Shown: piece by piece, positions 30,201 to 35,917 of the stretch
Position numbering within the stretch: the stretch's first letter is position 1
How the letters are laid out: each line of letters begins with the position of its first letter
Assembly: GCA_016214035.1 (NCBI GenBank)
Contig: JACRPF010000014.1
Location: forward strand, 292,244-356,243
DNA from: Spirochaetota bacterium
GTDB lineage: Bacteria > Spirochaetota > Brachyspiria > Brachyspirales > JACRPF01
Length of the DNA stretch: 64,000 bases
Reading direction: 5' to 3'
Program-made: the position numbers and the translations under genes
Notes under the pieces: generated by a model
Databases searched by the model: none
What the model was told of the DNA's origin: nothing
Seen by the model: only the letters and a program-made list of their open reading frames with translations

Positions 30201-33200
30201 ATGGTCATACCGTTGTCGTTTTTGCGGGCGCCTACACGGAGAATCTGCTGATATCCGGCAAAACGCGATTCTCGCTGATATCGCACGTGTTTCTCGCCAA
30301 TAGTAATCGTGACGGTGTCGTGCTTGACGGTAACAATAATGCCGAAACGATTAAAATAGATAGTTGTGTATCGAATCGGATTATCGGATTTACCTGTATA
30401 AACGGGAAGGAAACCGGCATTTATATAACGGGGACGTCTTCCTACAACAGAATTGATAATAACATCGTACGGAATAATGAAAGATGGGGGATAAATATCT
30501 TCAGCAAACTAGCGCGCTATAACCTAATAACAAGCAATGAGGTTTATAGCAATACCACCGCATCCGAAAATAATTGCGGCATTCTGATCAACGACGCCGA
30601 TTATTCCGAGCTTTACAAAAATAGTATTCATCATAATGGAAATTCCGGCATCCTTATTGCCGGCAATGCGACAAACAGCAGCATACACGAAAACATTATT
30701 AACTCGAATGTATCCTACGGTTTCCTGTGCAACACCGGCGCGGCAGGTTACACTGAAATTGTTACGAATACTATCGTCGGCAATATACAAGGCGTCGATA
30801 TACTTAATGCGGGTGTCGGAATGGTTGTCGCGAGCAATAATATTTGCCTTAACTCGACAGGCATCTTGATCAACACTCCTTTCAATGCAATTCGAAACAA
30901 CTTCATTTATTCAAACGGATGCGGCGTCGATATAGAAAGTACTTCGTCGGTAAGTAACGACGGTAATATGTTTTTTGCTAATGGGACCGGTATAAAACTG
31001 AATGGAGGCTCCGCGAATATCTTCCAGAACAATATTTTATCAAGCAATACGAATTGTGGCATCTATTGCCTTGGATCCGGAAATAACAATCTGATTCAAA
31101 GCAACCGGTTCGACACTACCGGATCGAACGCGATATCGATTATCGACAACGGCATGGACTTTACGTATGTGAGGAGTAATGTTATCTACGGCGCCATGTC
31201 CAACGGGATTTATGTCGTTATGGCCGATAACAGCCTCATTGAAAATAACATTATCTCGGCGACGGCACCCAATGGCGTTTTCATCGGCGCAACGGCGGAC
31301 AATACAACGATTTCCAACAACAGTATATACAGCGCCACAAGGGGCATCTCTTTGAGTGAAGGTAACGGAGCGAACGTTTCGTGTAACACGCTCAGCAACA
31401 ATACGATAGGCCTGTATTATGACGGTGCTTCGACGCTTTTGCTGAAGCTGAATAACCTGACCAATAATACGCTTCATTTTTCAAATGTCGCCGCGGCGAC
31501 AATAACTGCTCAAACGAATTACTGGGGGACCATAAGACTGCCTGTGATAATGAATTCAATCGGGGGTGTGACGGCTACCAATCAGTATGTTCCCTACCGC
31601 CTCGGGTGGGTCGGTACCGCACAGGCAGACATGACGCCCCCGAATCGTCCGGTATTCACCAATGCCTCGAATATTGGTGCCGGCGTGGTGCTTCATTGGA
31701 CAAATAATGGAACGGATATCGGAGGATATAGGATTTACCGCGCATATACGAATACTTGGACAAATATCACGACATTTCTGGCCGATATTCCGACAACCGC
31801 AACAGCCATGTGCTGGACGGATGCAAACGCAAGCACGAATATGACGAATTACTATTTCGTAACCGCCTATGATACAAACACCAATGCCGGGCAATACATC
31901 AATGAAAGCTGGTTCAGCGCGGGCTCAGCAAACGGCGTACGGCTTATTTCGACGGTAACAGTTTCGATAACGAATCCGGCAGCGATAACATGGATAACTA
32001 ACAATCCGGCGTATTTCGCAGGATTATCGAGCAATACGTTCGGCCAGATCACGGCGATATATTTCAGCACCAACGCTACGACGGGTTTTGCACTTGCCGG
32101 AGGAACGACGACGAACTGGACTACGAACGTGACGGTTACCGGTTTTCCGGTGACGAACGATTTCTATGTCGTTGCGAGCAATGAATATGGATTTGTTGCC
32201 ACGAACCATCAGACAAATTATGTGGATCTGAGCGCGCCGGATGTCGGTATTACAAACATAACGGCGGGACAAATTATAGGCGGAACATTCACCTTTCGCG
32301 GAACGAATATTGACACTCAATCGGACATATTGGCAACACGCATCATGGTGACAAACGTTGGCGGCAACGTCACCAACATCATTGGTTTGCAAAACAGCAT
32401 TGTGTTCACGAACAACTGGAATACGGCCGGTGTCTCTGACGGCATGTACTATGCGTATATTTCAGCCACGAACGGTGCGGGCATCGGGACGAATACCACG
32501 AGTGTTCAGTTTATCGTAAACAATGTGGCGCCGGTAGTCGCTCAGACAAACATTGTTCAATACGCTACCAATCGTGGCTTGATAGCGTTCATCGGATATG
32601 CCACGAATACCGCATCAGTACTCGATCCTCCGGCGGTATATTTTAAGACGAACGGAGGTGTGTTTGCGCTGGTTACAAACCATACCGTATTTACGACAAA
32701 TGTTGACACCACTACCCTGCCTGACGGAACCAATTCATTCGAAATAATAGCAGTATCGTCGAACTTCAAAACTAATGCATGCTATCAGACCAATATCATA
32801 GACAACAGCGCGCCGTTTGCGGCAGTTACCAATTACGTGAACGGCAGCATAATCAGCAATACGATAACATATCGCGGAACAAATCACGAGAATGTATCCG
32901 GCATAACGGCGATGATGCTGTACACGAACGGTGCGTTCTTTGCATACACCAACACATCGCCTGGATTTGAGTTCACGCTGAATACCGGAGTGTTCCTGAA
33001 CGGCATGCTCCCGCTGACACTTGTAGCGTCGAATGGCGTGGGGTTGGCGTATACAAATTACTTCACCAATTACATCACGAACGGCAGCGCTCCGTTCGTC
33101 GCAATAACTAATCCGGCACCTTTGACATGGATAACGAATAACACTATATCCATACAAGGGTATGCAAGCAATCTTTCCGGCCAGATCACGGCAATATATT

Positions 33201-35089
33201 TCAGCACCAACGCTACGATTGGCTTTGCTCCCGCCGGCGGCATAACGACGAACTGGACTACGAACGTGACGGTTACCGGCTTCCCGGTTACGAACGTCTT
33301 TTATGCTGCAGCAAGCAATGAATATTATTTTGTGACGACCAACTGCCAGACGAACTTTGTGGACCTCAGCGCGCCCGCTGTCAGCATCACAAACATTACC
33401 GCTGGGCAAATTATCGGCGGCATGTATACGATACGCGGCACGAATATGGATGCGCAAAGCGGAATAGCGGCAACAAGGATAATAATCACCAACGCCGGCG
33501 GTATAGTGACGAATATCGCAGCATTACAGATTGGCGATGAGTTCACGAATAACTGGAATACAACCGGTGTTTCTGACGGCAGATATTTCGCATATATGTC
33601 TTCCACGAACAGTGCGGGCATCTATACGAACACCGCAAGTACGACGTTCATCATCAATAACCTTGCGCCCATGATTGCACAGACGAATATCGCGCAGTAT
33701 GCCGCGAAAGCCGGCTCAATCATGTTCATCGGATATGCCACAAATGCCGCATCAGTACTCGACCCTCCGGCGGTATATTTCAAAACGAACGGTGGTACAT
33801 TTACACTGATAACGTACGGCACAATATTCACGACAAATGTCGACAGCACCACGCTGCCTGACGGCACTAATATATTCGAATTCATCGCGGTATCATCGAA
33901 CTACAGGACAAACCGCTTCTATCAGACAAACCTTATTGACAACAGCATCCCGTTCGTGTCTATAACCAATAGTGTAAACGGCGGCACGGTGAGCAACACC
34001 GTCACATACACCGGAACGAACTACGACAATGTCACCGGCATAACGGTAGTACTCTATACAAACGGCGCGTTCTATGCTGAAACAAACACATCGCCATCAT
34101 TTATATTTATGCTTGACACTACATTATTCACAAACGGCATGCTCGTGCTCAGCTTTGTTGCTACAAACTCCGCGGGACTTGTCTTCACGAATAACTTCAC
34201 GAACTATGTGTCGAATAATGTAACACCGTCGGCAGCGATTACCAATCTTGCGAACGGCTCATGGATAACCGCAACACCGGCAACTGTTTGCGGGACGGCA
34301 GCGGCGCCATTTGGAAGCATCACTGCCGTGTATATAAGCACCAATGCGTCAGCCGGATATGCGGCTGTTTCAGGTACGACAGCATGGACAACCAATCTCG
34401 ATGTGTCACTGTTCCCGGTAACAAACGCGGTATACACGGTTGCGGTAAGCAGCATGGGATATGCGGTGACGAATGTGCAGACGAATTATATCGATCTTAC
34501 ACCGCCCGCGGCGTGTATCACCAATATGATTTCAGGGATTCATGTATCCGATACGATATCCGTACGGGGAACTAATTATGATGCGGAATCATCCATTGCA
34601 TCCACACATTTCATTATCTCAAATACCGCGGGTCTCATCACCAATATATACACCGCTGTATCCGGAAATGACTGGAGTGTCTCGTGGAATACACGCTCAG
34701 TCTCCAACGGCGTATATGCGTTCATCGTCCGGTCAATAAATGGCGCCGGGGCCGTCTATTACGCTCCGGCGATAACGATAACGGTAACCAATCACACGTT
34801 CCATGACGACGGCCGGTTTGTTATCGCCCCGAACCCGTATCGTCCGAACTCAAAGAATCGTCGGCAGGGCGGCGGACTGCCCTATGTTATCGTAGCCGGG
34901 GTGCCGCCGTCGTTTACACTTGAGATCTATGCCGTGGACGGTCAGATGGTTGATAAAAAAACGGATGCGATGGGCGTTGAGGGAAGATATCAGTATGAAA
35001 TACCTTCGCGATTAGCCACCGGCATTTATCTTGTGCGGATAAAGAACGGTACTTCGGAAAAAACCACAAAGTTGACGGTGATACGATGA
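21296..35089 (+). CDS. Giant (4,597 aa) secreted beta-helix / FN3 / Ig-like repeat surface protein with T9SS-type (FlgD-Ig-like) C-terminal sorting domain
   Basis: Single uninterrupted ORF. Signal-peptide-like N-terminus (ALLPLVMFVAAVMSLHG/AVV). Three NosD/pectate-lyase-like parallel beta-helix modules, each followed by an FN3-like unit. 28 Ig-like ~95-aa domains. C-terminal IAPNPYRPN...GIYLVRIKNG...KLTVIR. Confidence 0.9.
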   Translation: MIRIGGNTGVTACNREAALLPLVMFVAAVMSLHGAVVSSNTNTGLTYTNIQSAVTAAAAGQTIVVFEGCYKENITVSAKTNVTLVSYAYMTNGSRTGVVLNGGLLNDTINLIHAVSNRVAGFTVTNGKDAGILIDGTSKWNEVENNILCLNNKWGAAVNSTTAVSNRIVSNEIFSNKTANDANGGIYIADADYTVIDRNLIHHNFNAGIVFINSAVGTLVTGNIIVSNASFGIICNNAAVGYTEVSQNTIGNNSRGFNILNGAAGWLIQSNNIAGNTTGVYLTENGNTIRGNNMISNTIGVDIESVSSTTNAGNLFLANGIAIYINGGSASSIANNIFTNNTNCGVYVLGTALNHAIESNLFTASGSSAIALTVDGVGFTSIRSNIIRGGMSNGIFITLADDNFIECNVISDMIQNGIYIGSGAVNTSISNNIICNTSNGFNLGEGSGVKILRNTLSNNTIGIYYFDNLTFPLTWNNFTNNALHFTNTTGAVICGQTNFWGSIRLPTVMNSIGGIIDTNQYVPYRLGFVGTAQPDITPPPVPSFTAGENRTNSIVLRWTNSAADIGGYRIYRAFSDTWTNFTTYYADIPTDLTTMCWTDTAVDTNFTNFYFVTAYDTNTNAGQFINESWFSESYYVSMPVWNTNTGVKYRTIQTAVDAAGSGHTIVVFDGIFKENVVLSNMNVTLAAYSFLTNGNRAGVIIDGSLTAAGIRVRNGLSNRVIGFSVTNGKDAGIMVDGASAYNSIENNVVYLNNKWGININGKTAFSNRVVSNEAYSNITAADADSGIQIKDADYTVLYRNYIHHNLNSGIVLTGAATNSIILENTIASNLSYGFYCNNSGAGYTEIISNTIVGNINGIYILAGTAGKLIVSNSIYLNTAGIYLGEDFNTIRHNTIYSNTYGIQINTATYNTNDGNIFFANATGIISANAVTGNIFRSNLFSNNLDNGMYLAGSGTGIKALNNSFITTGTNAFTLAVAAVTVQSNTFEGVGTNGIFITATTAVINDNIIKAAASNGVFVAANANVPLISNNIICNASNGIQLNEGTTAKLICNTISNNTIGVYYTDTLTFMLNWNNFSNNSLHFSNAAGATFTGQTNYWSSITLPIVTSKIGGVTNTNVYVPYRLGWMGTSQADMLPPNRPVFTNAISTNSGVALCWTNNGSDIGGYRIYRSFTNTWTNFTTYYADIPTTATALSWVDTNASSNMTNYYFVTAYDRNTNTGQCINESWFSASSTNGIRLTPAIWVEGITPTALSWINSSPITFSGMASTTNGYLVSVYFSTNATSGYGLVTGTTNWTTNFDVSAFPVTNVIYLVVSNSAGKVLSNFQTNYIDLSAPLTGITNLIAGTIVGGTITIRGTNMDVQSGIQETVITITNTNGTMVFIDGLQNGNEFSNYWDTTGVDDGAYYVYAASINGAGGAANSASTRLIVNNIAPQIAQTNIAQFATKSGVLAFKGYAMNSAAVLDPPAVYFKTNGGTFALVTNGTIFTTNINSTTHPDGTNVFEFITVSSNFKTNYFSQTNIIDNSVPYAAVTNIMSGSVISNTVTYYGTNYENLSSIMALMLYTNGALYTWTNTTPAFELTLDTLLIQNGMLALSLIVSNGVGLTYTNHFTNYITNGSAPFTGITNPAPLTWITNTPVSVEGYASNIFGQMSAIFFSTNATTAYAHTGGTTTNWTTNVDVTGFPVTNIFYVVASNEFYFNATNRQTNYVDLSPPNANITNLEIGAIIGGSMTLRGTNIDIQSGITATWIIISNEIGLTTNLPGLQNGIEFTNIWNTTGTADGVYYASILSSNGAGIETDTAGRMFIVNNIAPIITQTDIAQLTTNTGTIAFAGYATNIAWALDPPAVYFRTNGGTFALVANSVFFTTNIDSSILPDGTNAFEFMAVSSNYKTNYFYQTNIIDNSAPYACITNITAGQIVGGIITIRGTNADLFSGIYNTRIIVTNAGGAVTNIAGMQNGVEFTNSLSTAGITDGKYYVYVTVTNGVGIGTNTASTMFVVNNLAPIIAQTNIAMLTTNRGVLSFQGYATNIVSLLDPPAIYFKTNGGNLALMTNGTVFTTNINSAVLPDGSNSFEFIAVSSNYMTNTFYQTNIIDNSAPFAAVTNYANGCTISNTVVYRGTNYENVSGVTATMLYTNGAFYAWTNTTPAFEFSIDALFFRNGVLPISIIVSNEVGLTYTNNFTNYVTNGSTPFVGITNPSPVTWITNDTITFEGYASNTMGQMTGVFFSTNAVSGYAPAGGTTTNWTTNVTVTGYPVTNVFYVVASNEFYFATTNKQTNYVDLSAPVADITNITAGLIFGGTHTIRGTNVDAQSDIMVTRIIVTNAAGAVTNITGLQNGVEFTNNWDTTGVADGRFFAYVTATNNAGLGTNTTSVQFIVNNLAPVIAQTNIAMMATNRGMMSFIGYSTNIANVIDPPAVYMATNGGAFALITNGTGFTTNVNSTTLPDGTNAFEFIAVSSNGNTNHFYQTNIIDNSPPYAAVTNYVNGSVISNSITYRGTNYENISGVTAMMLYTNGAFFAYTNTSPGFEFTMNTSVFLNGMLPLTLVASNGVGLTYTNYITNYITNGSAPFVAITNPAPMTWITNNTISIQGYASNLSGQMTGIFFSTNVTGGYATAGGTTTNWTTNVTVTGFPITNVWYVVASNEYYFVTTNCRTNFVDLSAPAAGITNITAGQIIGGTYVFRGTNMDVQSGIASTRMIVTNTGGIVTNITGLQNGDEFTNSWNTTGVADGTYFIYLISTNTAGIGTNTAGIAFIVNNLAPVITQTNIAELTTNTGTLAFIGYATNISSIVDPPAVYLATNGGAFALVTNGTGFTTNFNSTSLLDGTNVFTFAAVSSNNRTNFYYQTNVIDNSIPFGAPTNNFNGATIASTIVITGTNYENISAITANVLFTNGAFFAWTNTSPWEFTFDSRLFTNGLLKLALVVSNGVNLVYTNVWTNYVSNVIVASNTNTGTTYTTIQNAVTAAGDGHTVVVFAGAYTENLLISGKTRFSLISHVFLANSNRDGVVLDGNNNAETIKIDSCVSNRIIGFTCINGKETGIYITGTSSYNRIDNNIVRNNERWGINIFSKLARYNLITSNEVYSNTTASENNCGILINDADYSELYKNSIHHNGNSGILIAGNATNSSIHENIINSNVSYGFLCNTGAAGYTEIVTNTIVGNIQGVDILNAGVGMVVASNNICLNSTGILINTPFNAIRNNFIYSNGCGVDIESTSSVSNDGNMFFANGTGIKLNGGSANIFQNNILSSNTNCGIYCLGSGNNNLIQSNRFDTTGSNAISIIDNGMDFTYVRSNVIYGAMSNGIYVVMADNSLIENNIISATAPNGVFIGATADNTTISNNSIYSATRGISLSEGNGANVSCNTLSNNTIGLYYDGASTLLLKLNNLTNNTLHFSNVAAATITAQTNYWGTIRLPVIMNSIGGVTATNQYVPYRLGWVGTAQADMTPPNRPVFTNASNIGAGVVLHWTNNGTDIGGYRIYRAYTNTWTNITTFLADIPTTATAMCWTDANASTNMTNYYFVTAYDTNTNAGQYINESWFSAGSANGVRLISTVTVSITNPAAITWITNNPAYFAGLSSNTFGQITAIYFSTNATTGFALAGGTTTNWTTNVTVTGFPVTNDFYVVASNEYGFVATNHQTNYVDLSAPDVGITNITAGQIIGGTFTFRGTNIDTQSDILATRIMVTNVGGNVTNIIGLQNSIVFTNNWNTAGVSDGMYYAYISATNGAGIGTNTTSVQFIVNNVAPVVAQTNIVQYATNRGLIAFIGYATNTASVLDPPAVYFKTNGGVFALVTNHTVFTTNVDTTTLPDGTNSFEIIAVSSNFKTNACYQTNIIDNSAPFAAVTNYVNGSIISNTITYRGTNHENVSGITAMMLYTNGAFFAYTNTSPGFEFTLNTGVFLNGMLPLTLVASNGVGLAYTNYFTNYITNGSAPFVAITNPAPLTWITNNTISIQGYASNLSGQITAIYFSTNATIGFAPAGGITTNWTTNVTVTGFPVTNVFYAAASNEYYFVTTNCQTNFVDLSAPAVSITNITAGQIIGGMYTIRGTNMDAQSGIAATRIIITNAGGIVTNIAALQIGDEFTNNWNTTGVSDGRYFAYMSSTNSAGIYTNTASTTFIINNLAPMIAQTNIAQYAAKAGSIMFIGYATNAASVLDPPAVYFKTNGGTFTLITYGTIFTTNVDSTTLPDGTNIFEFIAVSSNYRTNRFYQTNLIDNSIPFVSITNSVNGGTVSNTVTYTGTNYDNVTGITVVLYTNGAFYAETNTSPSFIFMLDTTLFTNGMLVLSFVATNSAGLVFTNNFTNYVSNNVTPSAAITNLANGSWITATPATVCGTAAAPFGSITAVYISTNASAGYAAVSGTTAWTTNLDVSLFPVTNAVYTVAVSSMGYAVTNVQTNYIDLTPPAACITNMISGIHVSDTISVRGTNYDAESSIASTHFIISNTAGLITNIYTAVSGNDWSVSWNTRSVSNGVYAFIVRSINGAGAVYYAPAITITVTNHTFHDDGRFVIAPNPYRPNSKNRRQGGGLPYVIVAGVPPSFTLEIYAVDGQMVDKKTDAMGVEGRYQYEIPSRLATGIYLVRIKNGTSEKTTKLTVIR
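21401..23212 (+). other. Beta-helix + FN3-like module 1 of the giant protein (approximate bounds)
   Basis: Opens with SSNTNTGLTYTNIQSAVTAAAAGQTIVVFEGCYKENITV, followed by ~22-aa beta-helix turns. The FN3-like part starts near 22895 (PDITPPPVPSFT...LRWTN...GGYRIYR...FYFVTAYDTNTN). Confidence 0.7.
23213..25020 (+). other. Beta-helix + FN3-like module 2 (approximate bounds)
   Basis: Opens with VWNTNTGVKYRTIQTAVDAAGSGHTIVVFDGIFKENVVL. The FN3-like part starts near 24689 (ADMLPPNRPVFT...LCWTN...GGYRIYR...YYFVTAYDRNTN). Paralogous to modules 1 and 3. Confidence 0.7.
25021..30127 (+). repeat. Ig-like domain array 1: 18 tandem ~284-nt (~95-aa) coding repeats of four subtypes (order ABCD-ABC-BCD-ABCD-ABCD)
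   Basis: Hand parsing of the translation. Subtype A: ITNPAP.TWITN...FFSTNAT...TNWTTNV.VTGFPVTN. B: ITNITAGQIIGG...RGTN.D.QSGI. C: IAQTNIA...GYATN...LDPPAVYFKTNGG. D: AAVTNY.NGS.ISN...YRGTNYEN. Domain linkers are (S/I)AP-x3-4-TN. Confidence 0.8.
30128..31950 (+). other. Beta-helix + FN3-like module 3, embedded in the middle of the Ig-like stalk (approximate bounds)
   Basis: Opens with VIVASNTNTGTTYTTIQNAVTAAGDGHTVVVFAGAYTENLLI. The FN3-like part starts near 31625 (ADMTPPNRPVFT...LHWTN...GGYRIYR...YYFVTAYDTNTN). Confidence 0.7.
31951..34790 (+). repeat. Ig-like domain array 2: 10 tandem ~95-aa coding repeats (ABCD-ABCD-AB)
   Basis: Same four subtypes as array 1. The first eight domains are a copy of 27878-30127 at a constant +4,089-nt offset. 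Confidence 0.8.
34810..35086 (+). other. C-terminal sorting domain (T9SS type-A / FlgD-Ig-like CTD)
   Basis: GRFVIAPNPYRPNSKN...FTLEIYAVDGQMVDKK...GRYQYEIPSRLATGIYLVRIKNGTSEKTTKLTVIR. Shows the PNP-x-x-P start, an alternating beta pattern, G-(I/V)-Y-(L/F)-V and a terminal K-x-x-V-I-R, as in Por_Secre_tail / FlgD_ig C-terminal domains. Confidence 0.6.
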
Positions 35090-35129
35090 AACAGATACGT
35101 ACCATATTTCACGAAAAGGAAGGTGCCGC

Positions 35130-35345
35130 ATGCAGATAAAACAGTGTGAATGCTGCAAACATTTCACCATGCGACTGTACAACGCGGATTCATATAACGA
35201 CAGGTACAGATATGTCTGCAGCTCATGTCTGCTTGAGCTGGTGAAAGCGTTCAGTTTCCCGATACACGCTGATGAGATAAAGCATAAAACCGCGGAAGAG
35301 TCGCACACGGACGGCAGCGACATTGCTCCGCATATTGCAAAGTGA
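35130..35345 (+). CDS. Small CxxC...CxxC zinc-ribbon protein (paralog of 52682-52981)
   Basis: 71 aa. QCECCKHFTMRLYNADSYNDRYRYVCSSCLLELV has Cys at 6, 9, 30 and 33. AGGAAGGTG RBS. Starts 40 nt after the giant gene's stop. Confidence 0.65.
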   Translation: MQIKQCECCKHFTMRLYNADSYNDRYRYVCSSCLLELVKAFSFPIHADEIKHKTAEESHTDGSDIAPHIAK

Positions 35346-35359
35346 AAAGGAGGCGGCGT

Positions 35360-35917
35360 ATGAATACAGCAGAACGGGTCTCACACGGACTATCGGCAGG
35401 ATTGAAACCGCATATCGCGATGGTCCTCATCGCAGGCATACTTATTACCGCGCACTCAAGCTCGGGCATATCATCCGACCTGGCGGGATATACCGAGCAG
35501 TATTTCCATACCGCCGTCATGTATCCGTTCAACAATGCCGATGTGCCGGCGCTCTTCGCGCGAAAATCGCTCGAGGGATGGGCGGAAATTGACGTGCTAA
35601 CGGCAATTGAAAAACGTTCGTTCTATATGCTCCCGAAACTAATCGAACCCTGTGATGCTGATGCCGCCGGCGCATTCAGGAAACGGGAATACCGGTCGCC
35701 GCGAAGGACGGTCATAGTAAATCGCGACAGCGGCATATGCATCGTCATCAGCTACAAACTGCATGACGGCGATGAAGTGCCGGCGGTAAAGCGCACGTAC
35801 CACTTCCGAAGTATCGTCGATACGGTTACCTATGAATACAAAAACGGGTCTGACGTATCAGCGGCATCATCCGTCTTCGGTACGCTTCATTTCCATGCGG
35901 ATGAGATGGTGCAATGA
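35360..35917 (+). CDS. Hypothetical exported/membrane-anchored protein
   Basis: The track ORF uses GTG at 35342. AGGAGG (35348-35353) 6 nt before the ATG at 35360 favours the shorter form. Has an N-terminal hydrophobic segment IAMVLIAGILITA and no recognisable domain. ATGA overlap with the next gene. Confidence 0.6.
   Translation: MNTAERVSHGLSAGLKPHIAMVLIAGILITAHSSSGISSDLAGYTEQYFHTAVMYPFNNADVPALFARKSLEGWAEIDVLTAIEKRSFYMLPKLIEPCDADAAGAFRKREYRSPRRTVIVNRDSGICIVISYKLHDGDEVPAVKRTYHFRSIVDTVTYEYKNGSDVSAASSVFGTLHFHADEMVQ

Noticed and set aside
21559-34575. Dozens of 60-240-aa ORFs on other frames and the opposite strand inside the giant gene (e.g. 32735-33457 minus, 25526-26059 minus, 28667-29068 minus)
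   Set aside because: They recur only because the underlying DNA is repeated. Their sequences are low-complexity (R/V/I/C-rich) and lack RBSs. The Asn/Thr/Gly-rich codon bias of the sense frame suppresses stops in other frames.
25021-34790. Strong ~284-nt periodicity that could be mistaken for a CRISPR or satellite array
   Set aside because: The repeats are in frame inside one long ORF and are about 95 codons long. There are no short invariant repeat/unique spacer alternations, and the units translate to Ig-like domains. They are coding repeats, not CRISPR.
21296-35089. Extremely high density of N-x-S/T sequons in the giant protein, which might indicate heavy glycosylation
   Set aside because: The protein is so rich in Asn and Thr that sequons arise by composition. 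No oligosaccharyltransferase gene lies in the window, so there is no support for a glycosylation claim from sequence alone.
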